DNA of 64,000 bases from Octopus vulgaris (Eukaryota): positions 54,126,001-54,190,000 of the forward strand of contig OX597825.1 of assembly GCA_951406725.2 (NCBI GenBank), read 5' to 3'. This document shows, in pieces, positions 1 to 13,300 of this stretch (position 1 is the stretch's first letter; each line of letters opens with the position of its first letter). The notes under the pieces were generated by a model. It had not been told where the DNA came from. It saw nothing but the letters and a program-made list of their open reading frames with translations, and did no database searches. Position numbers and translations under genes: made by a program.

Positions 1-237
1 AACGAACAATTTTACAGATGTTGATTTCTTAATCGATGCATGTAGGCTTATATGAACATGCATTCATCGACATACATGTGTGTGTATTGTATTCATGCAG
101 ATATATACACATGTGTAGATGTAACTATACATGTGTTTATGAATATACATTTGTATATACATGTGTATATATGTATATATATATATGTGTGTCTGTATGT
201 GTGTGTGTGAATGTATGTGTGTGTGTATGTATAGTTA

Positions 238-270
238 GCTAGATAGATAGTTAGAGAGAAATAGATATAT

Positions 271-348
<78 letters not shown>
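238..348. repeat. (TAGA)n tetranucleotide microsatellite
   Basis: Direct read of the tandem repeat, flanked by TA/TG-rich low-complexity DNA. Confidence 0.95.
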
Positions 349-449
349 GTACGTGTAATATATATGTGAGCATATATACACATATTTGAAAATATAGGAA
401 CGTATGTATAATACTATATAAGTATGTACAGTACATGTATATGTGGTTA

Positions 450-495
<46 letters not shown>

Positions 496-1204
496 CATAC
501 GTACATATACATATGAAGAAGAGTTTTGTGTATATGATGGCATATACACACATATTAAGCATGTAGTTGCTCAATAAGGTGTAGATACTAGAATGAAAAG
601 TATGACATAATGCGTTAAAGCCGAAGCATACAATAATTGTCTCCCTTTAGCCAGCGGTTAGTAATTTTCCATTTATTTCAGTACATAGTTTTGACTATTA
701 CACCGCTTGTTAAAAACCTTTGATATTACATTTAAACTGCTGGCGAATTTCTAGAGCATGTTGAGTAATAATCTTTATCTTGCAATATTGCAACGATATC
801 GATATGAAGCCTAAAGCAGTGCCACGTTATTTCACTATTTAGGTATGATTAGATAGGGTTGTCACTCTTACATTTTGTCATGGTTATGAGAGAATGAAGT
901 TGAAGTGTTTCTTTTTAAATTGATCTTCCATCATGTAGTTATTAATTACGTACTGTGCATATTTTGATATTGTAACGGTCACCTCTGCGGCATGCATGAT
1001 AAATCCAATGTTGTATAACTAAATGTGGAAGATAAATTTCGATTTCTGTTGTTGCAGATAACCTCTGTTATATTAGTTATATTAGCTGGTTGTTAACTTA
1101 GAAGAAAGGATGGTCACAGATACAACATTTTTAATTACACTTTATCAGGTTTAATTAGTGGTTCACTAACATGTTCAGCAAAATACAAAAGTCATTGCAC
1201 ATTT

Positions 1205-1616
1205 CTCTTTTTTCTCTTTTAGTTTTTTCAGTCATTTTAATCGGCCATGCTGGAGCACCGCCTTTAGTCGAGCAAATCCGCCCTAGGACTTATTCTTTGT
1301 AAGCCTAGTACTTATTCTATGGGTTCCTTTTGCCGAACCGCTAAGTTATGGGAAAGTAAACACACCAGCATTGGTTGTCAAGCGATGTTTGGAGGACAAT
1401 AACTGACACACAAACACATACATACTCATACACATATACACACACATATATACATACATACGACGGGTTTCTTTCAGTTTCCGTCAACCAAATCAACTCA
1501 CAAGGCTTTGGTCTGCCCGAGGTTATAGTAGAAGACATTTTCCCAAAGTGCCACGCAGTCGGACTGAACCCAGAACCATGTGGTTGGTAAGCAAGCTACT
1601 TGCCACTCCTGCACCT
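1205..1616 (-). mobile_element. tRNA-derived SINE, family A (CORE-like central domain)
   Basis: Homologous to the copies at 25729, 38753, 48808 and 61979. Minus strand has B box GGTTCAGTCC, a CORE-like CACTTTGGGAAAATG segment, an internal (TG/TA)n tract and an A-rich tail. Confidence 0.85.
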
Positions 1617-2290
1617 ATGCACCATTTGTGAATAAGTCTTAACAACCGCTAGCATAAACACCCACTTTGCTGCCCGTGGCAGGTTAATTTTGATGCAAAC
1701 ATCCGCACAAAACAAACCGCAAGAAATTAAATATCAATTACATAATTCTCTCAAATCTGAGATAATAGTAGGATTACTCTTTCTTCGCTATGTTTATCGT
1801 ATTAAGAAAAATGATAGAATACGAAATCTTAAGTAAGTATAATGAATTAACTTTATGGCATGATTTCATTTTGTGAATTTGCGTACTCTTAAAGTAGAAA
1901 ACCATGGTATTCATCCCAAATAGAAACTGGTTATAATTCACAATTTTATATTGCCTACCGTTTCGGAGATTGACATAAAGCTATTTTCTATATTAAAAAA
2001 AGAGAAACTATGACGTTGACAAACAGGGCTGATCACAAACAGGTGTTTTCTTCAAGATTAATGTGAAATCTGCATATGAATAATGTATGATTTTTATTCG
2101 TCGAAGTTTAATCCACGTTGACAGCATTCTGTTCACATGTCATCATTATATGTGTATGTGGGCGTGTGTATCTTTGTATGTATTTATCTATTCATATATG
2201 CATATATAAATGTATATATATTTATGTATATATGTGTGTGTGTGTGCGTGTGTTTAAAAAAATTGGTGCCAAGAAGGAGTACAGTTGAAC

Positions 2291-2440
2291 ATTTATTTAT
2301 TATTGCCTACAAGTGTTTCAACGCAACATAGTTCTCCAAGAATACAGATATTTGGTTAGGCAACTATTTTCATAATCAAAAACCTGTATTCTTAGAGAAA
2401 TACGTTGCATCGAAACAATTCTAGCGAATAATAAATGAAT
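2291..2440. repeat. Fold-back inverted repeat (~57-bp arms) with PLE/hammerhead-type GAAAC...AATAAA tail
   Basis: 2291-2347 is the imperfect reverse complement of 2384-2440; the right arm contains CATC-GAAAC-AATT and AATAAA. Confidence 0.75.
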
Positions 2441-2986
2441 ATCCAATCGTACACCTTCTTCTTGACTCTAAGTTCTTTAATTTTACGTTCACACACGACA
2501 AATGCCAGGAGATTTTTATAAATCGTTTATTAAAGATAGGATAGTGTATATGCTGTGGTGGTAAGTTTAAGTTCAGGATTTTAAAAATGTTTGGGTAGTC
2601 TTGACTTAGAGAGACAATTGTGGCTCGAATCATAGGATCTCCCGCTCCCTGCCCTCAGAATATTGAGAGGGTGTGGTTATAGTGGGTGGATCTAGATAAG
2701 GAGGGTCATAATCATTATGAGTGGAGCTGTCGAGTGCGATGTGTAGGAGGTATATTTTGAGAGTCGATGGATTGATATTGAGTGAAAGAAAGATCTGTGG
2801 TTTTGGGGTTAGTATTAATTTGCTCATCCGCATAACTGCTTCTAATTCTGCTCGTCTTATATCGATACTTTACCTAGCGCAATCGATCTCCTGTTAAGAC
2901 ATTGGTGTCTAAGTTTGAATCTATTGAACTCTACTGTCTTCTATACTGATCATCTCTGGAGCTCATCTGCGGACTATATGTGTGTA

Positions 2987-3017
<31 letters not shown>

Positions 3018-3171
3018 CATAATATAACAAACGACGGAAAAAACAATAAATTAAATAGAGAAATTCAATTGACAATCTAACAATTTACTTATATTCTGAT
3101 ACAATATGAATATAATATAATACAAGATGAGATAAGACAACATAAAAAATTATTAAAACATCAAAAACGCC

Positions 3172-3236
3172 AACATTTGTTTCGACTTATATACATTATT
3201 TGATTTATACACAATTGATATCCATGTATCTTCAAG
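3172..3236 (-). ncRNA. Degenerate hammerhead-like motif of Penelope-type terminal repeat
   Basis: Minus strand reads CTTGAAGA...GTC-GAAAC-AAAT-GTT; spacing resembles PLE minimal hammerheads with a long stem II. Confidence 0.35.
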
Positions 3237-3756
3237 GCTTTGGTTCAAAAGACAGACGAAATTCCATCAAAAAGGGCTGCCAGATTGCAAAATACTATGT
3301 TTAGGAGCGTGAGCATTAACTACTCAAATACATAACAAGTGCCATAAAAGAACAAAATAACTGCCTAAAGAAAATCTACAACTTTCAAAATATTTTTGTA
3401 TGTCTCCAATAATATCAATTCAAACGCATTTTAGTCGAAAACAATCACTGGCTACTTTAATAATATATAATAATAACAATATATAAATAAATGAAGTATC
3501 AGAGTCCTACTTAGTTTAAGAGACGGTAATAAATCGTGTAAATCAATATTTGTTCTATAAACATGCCTATGCATGTTTGAAAAACATAATTCTTTTATAT
3601 TAACTAAGTATCTATTTATGTGCAATACTTTTCAAATATTTATAATTACTGAAAGAAAATATATATAAATTATATATAATGATAATATAGTATTGTATTA
3701 ATATAATGGTAAAGTATAATAGCATTTCTCATTTATCTAAATTTTCTGAAATAAAT

Positions 3757-4170
3757 ATTATTCCAAGTAACTAACAAATAATGTTCCTTATTTACGTATT
3801 TTATCGAAGGGACCACCTAGTAAATAAAATAAACAGAAACTTAGATTTACGATAATTATAACCCATATTGTTTCTTAGATAGTGAGATAATAAAACATAA
3901 ATATAAATAATAAATATCGAAATATTACTAAGTCTTTCCGAAGTAAATAGACTAGAAGTTACTGGAATAATGATTATTCAAAGTAACAAACAAATAATGA
4001 TACTTATTTACGTAAATTGTCGAAGGAAGTATTCCGTAAATGTAGATAAACAAAAGCATAAACATAAAGTATACATCTCCGATGAATATAACGTATATTA
4101 TTTCTTAGAAAAAGAGATCATAAACTATAAATAATATATTTCAAAATTTTGTTAAGTCTTTCAGAAGTAA
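3757..4170 (+). repeat. Degenerate direct tandem duplication, period ~215 bp
   Basis: ATTATTCCAAGTAACTAACAAATAATG...AAGTCTTTCCGAAGTAA recurs as ATTATTCAAAGTAACAAACAAATAATG...AAGTCTTTCAGAAGTAA. Confidence 0.75.
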
Positions 4171-4732
4171 CGAAATTAGTTTTGCAATAATAACACAATC
4201 TATAAAGTACACAATATTATTAAAACTTTATTAAAATTATAAGGCTTAGTTTTATCACAATTAATACACATATATACAATTATTCAAGCACATATAATTT
4301 TATATAATAATTTCTGTAATCTTCATATTCATACCTATTTAAAGAATTTCTAGAACAAATACACAGTTACTTAGTTTTTCAGAGGAAAAAATATATTGTT
4401 TTGTAAGTAAAAGGTTATACATTTATAAATAAATTAGCTACTTAAAAAAAAAGAAGTACGTAATTGGAAATAATTGCTTTTGATCACAATATGGCATTGT
4501 GTAAAATTATTCATATATCATTATTATCATTATCATTATCATCAATTAATAAATCACATGAATGTATTTACAAAGTATAATCATTTAGTATAATGAAGAT
4601 AGCTTATTTGTAAACTATAATTAATATGTGACTACATACAGATATTTAAACAACAAATTTTATAATTATGATTAATTATAATTATGGCTCAGTAAAATTA
4701 TAATTAGGGTATAATTATAATTATATATAAGT

Positions 4733-4900
4733 ATAATTATAATAAGGGTTCAGCAAAAAGATTGCTTCACCACATACCGAAATTTAAAAATAGCAGTTAA
4801 AACTGGCTATTTCTCTAGAGAAATATCAGTTTTAACTGCTATTTCTAAATTTCGGTAATTGGTGAAGCAAATTTTTTGCTGAACCCTAATTATAATTATA
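4733..4900. repeat. Loopless palindrome, ~84-bp arms, centre TTCTCT|AGAGAA
   Basis: AGGGTTCAGCAAAAAGATTGCTTCACCA...ATTTCTCT pairs with AGAGAAAT...TGGTGAAGCAAATTTTTTGCTGAACCCT. Confidence 0.9.
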
Positions 4901-5032
4901 TTCATAATTATAAACATTTTTGTTTAAATTTACCGATAATGGTTCTTTTAACATACCGAACTACTTGGTAAAATTATTAATTATTAAGTAATTAATTAAT
5001 TAATTTCACCCTTTATTATTATTGATACATAC

Positions 5033-5087
<55 letters not shown>

Positions 5088-5871
5088 TATATATATAAAG
5101 GATATGTTATTTCACAGCCATACCAATAACCCAAAATACCTCCATCATAACCTGCCACACGGATATCATTATGGTTTTGACACCTGGGCTGTATCATTCA
5201 ATCCGGCAGAGTCAACATCACTAAAATAATTGTTGTTTCAAAACAAACAAACCAAAGCAACCATAACTTACCAAATATACAACCGTATCGATAAATAAAT
5301 TCCATAAGTATATTACAACCATCCCTAAATGCGTAACTAAACAGTGACAACTCTATTAAATCATACAAAATTTTAATCCCTACCGTCTTCCGTCGTGTAA
5401 TATAGAAGTAAAAGCTTAATAACCAAATTATTTCAATCAATCAATATATAGGCAGGATTAAACACTAACTTTAATAAAACTACAACAAGAGACATTTAAA
5501 CCAATGTATATTGTATCGGTATTAATAGCAATCTGCAATAACTAAATTATAAGCTAAATTGCGGTCGATCTTTAAGTCCATATAAATAATAACCCCACCG
5601 GTCTTCCATAGATACTACCAAAATGAAAGTTCAAACCTTATAAAAAAATTTTTCCGAAAAAAAACAAGACTAAAATCAATTTAACTAATATTTTTATGAG
5701 TGAAATACATTATTTCATCTTTCAAAAGTTAATAATAAAACATTACATACTCATCAATATATCACCACTACAAGTTAAAATATTAAATTACCAGTGACTA
5801 ATACACACTTAAACTTCATTAAACAGGAACTAATAAAAGTACTTGTAATAAACTAATATCATAAACCTTGG

Positions 5872-5901
5872 TATGTTTAAAGCTATAAGACTGTTTAAAG
5901 G

Positions 5902-5969
<68 letters not shown>

Positions 5970-5999
5970 CCTTTAAACAGTCTAATAGCTTTAAACATA
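5872..5999. repeat. Palindrome with (AT)n core and ~34-bp unique arms
   Basis: TATGTTTAAAGCTATAAGACTGTTTAAAGGACAA-(TA)n-TTGTCCTTTAAACAGTCTAATAGCTTTAAACATA, one mismatch. Confidence 0.9.
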
Positions 6000-6171
6000 T
6001 ATATTATAAAATTTGTTGTTTAAATATCTGGATGTATGTAGTCACATATTAATTATAGTTTACAAATAAGCTATCTTCATTATACTAAATGATTATACTT
6101 TGTAAATACATTCATGTGATTTATTAATTGATGATAATGATAATGATAATGATAATAATGATATATGAATA

Positions 6172-6606
<435 letters not shown>

Positions 6607-7120
6607 CTCCGCTGGCTGTGTACACTATCTCTTGGTTAAGTATATGCACATAGTCAAGCAACTGTTTGCCAAAGCCCTTTCATCTCCATCCGTGACCTCA
6701 TTAATTAGATTTCAAAACAGACCTGTAAGAGACTCGTAGCAGACGTCGACGAGAGAGGACATGTGATTACTTAGGTAACTAGCCCATTGATTAACGATCA
6801 AAAAGTAAAAATTGAACCAGTACTCGTTTTTATTATCATAGGTGCAGTGACAATTAGCCGAACATGTGCCTTTCGTGTTGATCTCACTGAATATGCGTAC
6901 GGTAAGAGATGAAACTAGACGTCTAATCTGAGGATTTTCGAATCGGTATGAGGTGGTTATTTCCCCTGTCAGTATGTATCTCTGCGCGCTTCCTACAACT
7001 TTAAGAGTATTTTAAACTCTTATTTCAGGCAATGTTGGTGCGTCAGAACTCTTAGTCGCACTTACTGTCGATTGAATTCTTCCTCACGTATCACACTGCG
7101 CGCTCCCGACTGGCGGCAGA

Positions 7121-7215
<95 letters not shown>

Positions 7216-7231
7216 AATGTATATATATACA

Positions 7232-7309
<78 letters not shown>

Positions 7310-7323
7310 TATACATATATAGG

Positions 7324-7415
<92 letters not shown>

Positions 7416-7416
7416 C

Positions 7417-7659
7417 AAGAATGTCTCGGCAGCTGACACCATACACACTCAACCCGCGTACGCACGCATCCAGATAGACGATACAACAAACAAAGACGGA
7501 TCATTCGAAGCTTTCTATCCTCAATCAAGAACCGGATCATCCTAGCAATTTCGGCTGATTAATCTTGATACATAAATATGTGTGCGTGTGTGTATGTGTG
7601 TCTATATGTATATTTGTATAAATATGTATGTATGCATGTGTATATATATATATTATATA

Positions 7660-7713
<54 letters not shown>

Positions 7714-7795
7714 TATATTCGTGTGTGTATGCATGTGTGTATGCGTGTGCATGCGCGCGTCGAGTGTGTATAGTGTCAGCTGCCAAGACATTCTT
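7417..7795. repeat. Inverted repeat pair (~54 bp; 7417-7469 / 7741-7795)
   Basis: AAGAATGTCTCGGCAGCTGACACCATACACACTC versus GAGTGTGTATAGTGTCAGCTGCCAAGACATTCTT. Confidence 0.8.
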
Positions 7796-8285
7796 CTATA
7801 TTTATTTATATTTGATGTATTATCTAAAGGCATGTTAATTATAAAACCTTTTTTTTTTAATGATTATATAAAAATAAACCCGTTAATATTTTCTCAGTAT
7901 CTGATTTTTCAGTTTGCATTTACTTGTTAAGTAATTAATTTCAATATTTCTGTACAGGCGATAAATTATTTATATTAGTAAAGAGAGATGATTGAGTGGA
8001 ATTCATGTGGTGCTTTGTTATTAATGTCATTGCTTTTATTTGAACGTAAAATTGATGCAAATGGAAAGAGGCATTAGCTATATATCTAAACGTGGGATTA
8101 TAAATACATCTAGATATCATATATGTTGGATTTGAATGACTTATACATACATATGTGTGTGCAAGCGTGTGCGTGTGTATGTATATACATATATATGTAC
8201 ACACACGCTTTTATACATATGTATATATATATATACTATATATACAATATATATATATATATATATATATGCTATATACATATGC

Positions 8286-8321
<36 letters not shown>

Positions 8322-8447
8322 CACACACACATATGTATATACAGGTGTTATATATATACAAATATGTGTGTTTGCATATACATGTATATGTATATATATA
8401 TACATATATATAAGAATGTTTTGCGTAATAAGATTTTAAAAAAAGAG

Positions 8448-8565
8448 TGTATAGATATTAGAGCATTTATTGATGGAAGGTCTTACAGCTGTTTCTAGGA
8501 TATTAATTAATATCCTATAAGCAGCTGTAAGACCTTCTATCTATAAATGCTCTACTATCTATACA
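8448..8565. repeat. Loopless palindrome (~59-bp arms) nested in a larger degenerate inverted duplication (~8200-8880)
   Basis: Centre TAGGATATTAA|TTAATATCCTA; arms GAAGGTCTTACAGCTG / CAGCTGTAAGACCTTC; flanking (GA)n and (TC)n blocks mirror each other. Confidence 0.85.
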
Positions 8566-8598
8566 GCCTTGGTTTTTTTTATCTTATTAACAAAAAAT

Positions 8599-8677
<79 letters not shown>

Positions 8678-8826
8678 TATATATATGTATGTATGTATAT
8701 ACATGTATATTCAAACACACGCACACACACATATTTGTATACAGATAACACTTCTATATACATATGTGTGTGTGTGTTTCTCTCTCTCTCTCTTTGTATG
8801 CATATGTATATAGCATATGTATATAA

Positions 8827-8868
<42 letters not shown>

Positions 8869-8937
8869 ATATATATAAATATACGTTTAAATATTTGTTG
8901 TGCAAGATTTTTTATGTGAAGTCGTGTGTTGAAACAG

Positions 8938-9298
8938 ATATTGTTATATTTCGGAATGGTCATTTTGCCAGTTTAGCCAATAAAAACACACGCACTATAT
9001 ATTTGGTGTTACTTTGCTTCAGTGTTATTTATTTTTTACATTAATCTTAATCTTATTTCGGCCAGAGTTCTTTCGTCACACTCCTGTGACCGCATCAGTG
9101 GTCCTTTGTTTTCTTCTCACTTATTTGTGTCTCTCCTTGCTAACCGTCAGCCATTTTGTATTTTGTGACGAAAGAACTCTGGCCGAAATACGATTAAGAT
9201 TAATGTAAAAAATAAATAACACTGAAGCAAAGTAACACCAAATATATAGTGCGTGTGTTTTTATTGGCTAAACTGGCAAAATGACCATTCCGAAATAT

Positions 9299-9306
<8 letters not shown>
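8938..9306. repeat. 143-bp near-perfect inverted repeat enclosing a hammerhead-like motif (PLE terminal-repeat structure)
   Basis: 8938-9080 versus 9164-9306 with one mismatch seen; ends in (TA)n. A related diverged copy lies at ~29055-29145. Confidence 0.9.
9071..9098 (-). ncRNA. Minimal hammerhead-like core (variant)
   Basis: Minus strand: CTGATGCG-GTCACA-GGAG-TGTGAC-GAAA, with a perfect 6-bp stem II. Confidence 0.55.
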
Positions 9307-9370
<64 letters not shown>

Positions 9371-10003
9371 GTGTACATATATATGTGTATACATACACAC
9401 GCTCGAGTGTAGCGACACTTCAACTCAGAACGTAAAGACGGATAAACTGCCGTGAAGCATTTCCTCCGCCCACATACCAACTATTCTACAAAGTTACCGA
9501 CTTTCTTTCCTAACATATCGCTTGATTTTGTCATTCTAAACGTTACTGCCATTTCATTCCGAGATCAATGCCCACTGGTTTCAAACTTGCTTTTTTGGAA
9601 TCTATAAAAACATAGCACTAATGAAGTACTGGATCGGGTTTAATACTCCAATAAATCGTCCTAGATGCGAATGATTAACAAAAGACTTATAAGACGCAGA
9701 AACGTCAATTTTAATATATTTCTGTTTTGAACCGACTTTTAGAGTATTAGATGCTGTCTTTCACCAGAGATGTACCAGTATTCTTCTCTTCGGCACTACA
9801 GTTTGAGATGTTGGGTAAACAATAGCATACGTTCTCTTCAACGCAATCTGATAAACCGTAGATTTATCTGTATTATACAAATTTCTATAATGATATTAAC
9901 AATAAGGTAATGATTGTTACAAAAGTGACCTTACTACTCTTGGCCTCCGGAGGATGCCCGGCACTAAGACAGCGGAAAACAGTTATAATGAAATGAAAGT
10001 ATA

Positions 10004-10077
<74 letters not shown>

Positions 10078-10079
<2 letters not shown>

Positions 10080-10188
10080 TATGACACACTAGGCATACCA
10101 ACAACGTGAACTTCCAACTTGTTGTCTCTTGAGGTCTCTGGGTGAGATTTGGAGCCAACTTGTACTATTATAAACCAAAAGTCAAACA

Positions 10189-10190
<2 letters not shown>
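10078..10190 (+). mobile_element. R4/Dong element, 3' UTR-only copy (A)
   Basis: Identical to 15541-15653 (3' end of copy C); (TAA)n on both sides. Confidence 0.85.
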
Positions 10191-10257
<67 letters not shown>

Positions 10258-10303
10258 GAATAATAATGATGATGATGACAGTGATGACAGTGGTGATGAT
10301 AAT

Positions 10304-13300
10304 TCTTATTTTTGTTTGTTTATTGTTTGTTTGTTTTTTCTCGTATTTTATTCTCATTTTTTCGAACTAATACAGGCAGAGTGAACCTTTCATAAGTTTA
10401 AAAAAATAAATAAATAAATAAGTGAAAAGAAGGGAAAACTATGCCCGGAGATAAAACTATCAACAACAAAAATACAGACGAATACAAATCTGCTAGCCTT
10501 AGGAAACTGCGCTACGAACAATGTTTACGTGCAGAAAATCCTAAATCTGTCTCTTAATGTAAGAGTCGAAGCTCGTCATGCTTCAATGTCAACAAAACAA
10601 CCTACAATCCGCGATGGTCGACGAGCGGGCTACAAAAGACCACGTACCCGAAAATTGAACCAAAGTCTGATTGAAAAATCAGCTACTGGATCAAATCTTC
10701 CCGACACACAGGAGCTGGACGTACCCCGCAACTGGAATATTCCAACAGATGGCCATCCATGCTCGTCACCAAACACTCAAAAGAAAAAGAAGGAAAAATG
10801 GACTAGGGAAGATAATAAAGAAGTTCTTGCAGCCTTCTATCATGCCATATATTTCCCCACAGATAAATCGAACACTATACAAACCTACATAAACTGGAGA
10901 CAGAAACACCCTGAAGTAAGACCCTACATAGACAGTAACAAACTTGCCAACGTCAGAAGAAACATTATAAAAAAACAATTACTGACTGAAGTAGAGATTG
11001 ATCAAATTAGACAAGCAGTAACGGATAGAATGAACGAAGTTGCAGCTAAAGAAGATAATACAGAGGAAATAATTATAGACCAGCTCAGAGCTAATAAAAA
11101 CGAAGTAAGGATTGAAAGAGTTAGTATAAGTGATAGGCAAAGTGAAATACTCCCTGAACCAAATATAAACACTAAGACAGATGAACATCAAATAGATGAG
11201 GAAAGTCACACAAATATTGACCCGACAGAACTACATGAGCTAAAAAGTCAAATCATGATTGAATGGCTGAAAATTAAAGAAACCAGTATGGATGAACGTG
11301 ATACACTCCCTAAAATCCGCAAATCTAACCAAAACATGAAAATAATTGGTAAAATCCGGCTTGCACTTAAGGATATAATTTCAGCTAATGATGTTGATAT
11401 CACAGATCTCAACCACCTATACTATGCATCCGCGAAAATCTCAACGATCCTATGTGGTGAAAAGATTAGAAAACGGCAACAGTCCCACAAAAAGCCTTCT
11501 TGGCAAGAGCGTTTGCAACAACAAATTAAACTATTTAGATCTGACATTGAATATTTGAAAAACCTTAAGGTTCATAAGACTACCAAACCTGCAAAAACCC
11601 AAAAACTAATGAAAAAATATAATATGAAAACTATACTTGATATTGAGGCCACCATAGAAACCATCAAGCAAAAGGTATCTGCTAAAGCTGCCCGCATAGC
11701 GAGGTATGGAAAGCGTATTAGATTCTTCAGGGACAACAACATGTTCAAAAATAACCCCACAAATGTTTACAGGAAGATAGGAAAAACAACAGTTACTGTA
11801 AAGTCTGTACCATCAAAAGAAGAAGTGCAGGGATTTTGGAATAAAATTTGGGCAGAAGAAAAAACACACAGCGAAAAGGCCCCCTGGATTGATAGAATAT
11901 CTAAAGAACTGGACTCCTTAGAAGACCAAAAGTGGGAGGGTGTCAAGGTAGAAGATATACGATCTGCTCTCAGGAGGTCAAGCAAATGGAAGTCTCCAGG
12001 ATAAAATCCCTAACTTTTGGTTGAATGCATTCCCAGAGAGCCATGAACTGCTAACAGAACTGTACAATGATGTTTTGCAACACCCTAGTAGGATGCCTCC
12101 TTGGCTAGTTAATGGGTTAACATTCCTGCTTCCAAAAAGTGAAGAAACAAATGAACCCAAAAACTATAGACCCATAACCTGCTTAACAACTATGTATAAA
12201 ACACTAACATCTGTCCTGACGGAATATACCTATAGTTTTTTGACAGACAGCAGCATATTCCATAATGAACAGAAAGGATGTAAACGTGGATCCTACGGTT
12301 GTAAAGATCAACTACTCATCAATAAGATGATCATAGAAGATTGTCACAAACGACACAAAAACTTATCAATAGCCTGGATAGACTATAAAAAGGCTTTTGA
12401 TAGCCTACCACATAGCTGGATTAATAAATGCCTAGAAATGTATAAGATAGCACCTGCTCTGCGAAACTTTTTGTCTGTAAGTATGAGATTATGGAGAACC
12501 ACACTAACTTTGAACAGTGACAATGAATCTCTAAATGCTGGTGATGTAAAAATTTCATGTGGCATTTTCCAGGGTGACTCACTATCACCACTCCTCTTCT
12601 GTTTAGCCTTAATACCTCTCTCAAAACTGCTCAATGACGCGCAGTACGGATATAAAATGTTTGATAAAAATATAAATCATCTCATTTATATGGATGATTT
12701 AGAGCTCTTTGCAAAAAATGACCAACAACTCAAGGGCTTACTAGCGATTGTCAAACAATTCAGTGATGACATCAGAATGCAATTTGGCCTCGATAAGTGC
12801 GCAAAAGCTACCTTTATCAAAGGAAAAATGACAGAAACATCTAACGTTAACCTTGACCAGCAGAATGTCATAAAAGGATTAGACCCAGCAGAGAACTACA
12901 AGTATCTAGGGGTAATTGAAGGAGAAGGAATAAGGCATTCAGAGATGAAGGAAAGGATCAGGAGAGAATCCAATCGCAGAGTAAGAGCAATACTCAAGAC
13001 AGAGCTGAATGCGAGAAACAGGATCGAAGCGATCAATGCATTAGCCATACCAGTCGTGACTTACAGTTTCAATATCGTTAACTGGTCAATTACTGAAATA
13101 TGTAATCTTGACAGAAAAATACGAAAACTGTTGACAATGCATAGAATGCACCACCCTAAGGCAGATACAGAACGACTTTATCTGCCAAGAAAAGAGGGAG
13201 GTCGTGGACTTTTACAACTGGCAATAACAATGAAGATTGCTACAATTGGCCTAGACACCTACCTGACAAACTCTGAGGTCTGGATGTTAAAACTTGTCTC

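Larger units (their letters stand above)
4503..6177. repeat. ~165-bp inverted repeat pair (4503-4667 / 6002-6177)
   Basis: Near-exact reverse complements, differing by a 4-bp indel and one ATAATG unit. Confidence 0.9.

Noticed and set aside
7062-8963. Many ORFs rich in YIYI/CVCV
   Set aside because: Artefacts of (TA)n/(TG)n microsatellites; the same applies to similar ORFs throughout the window
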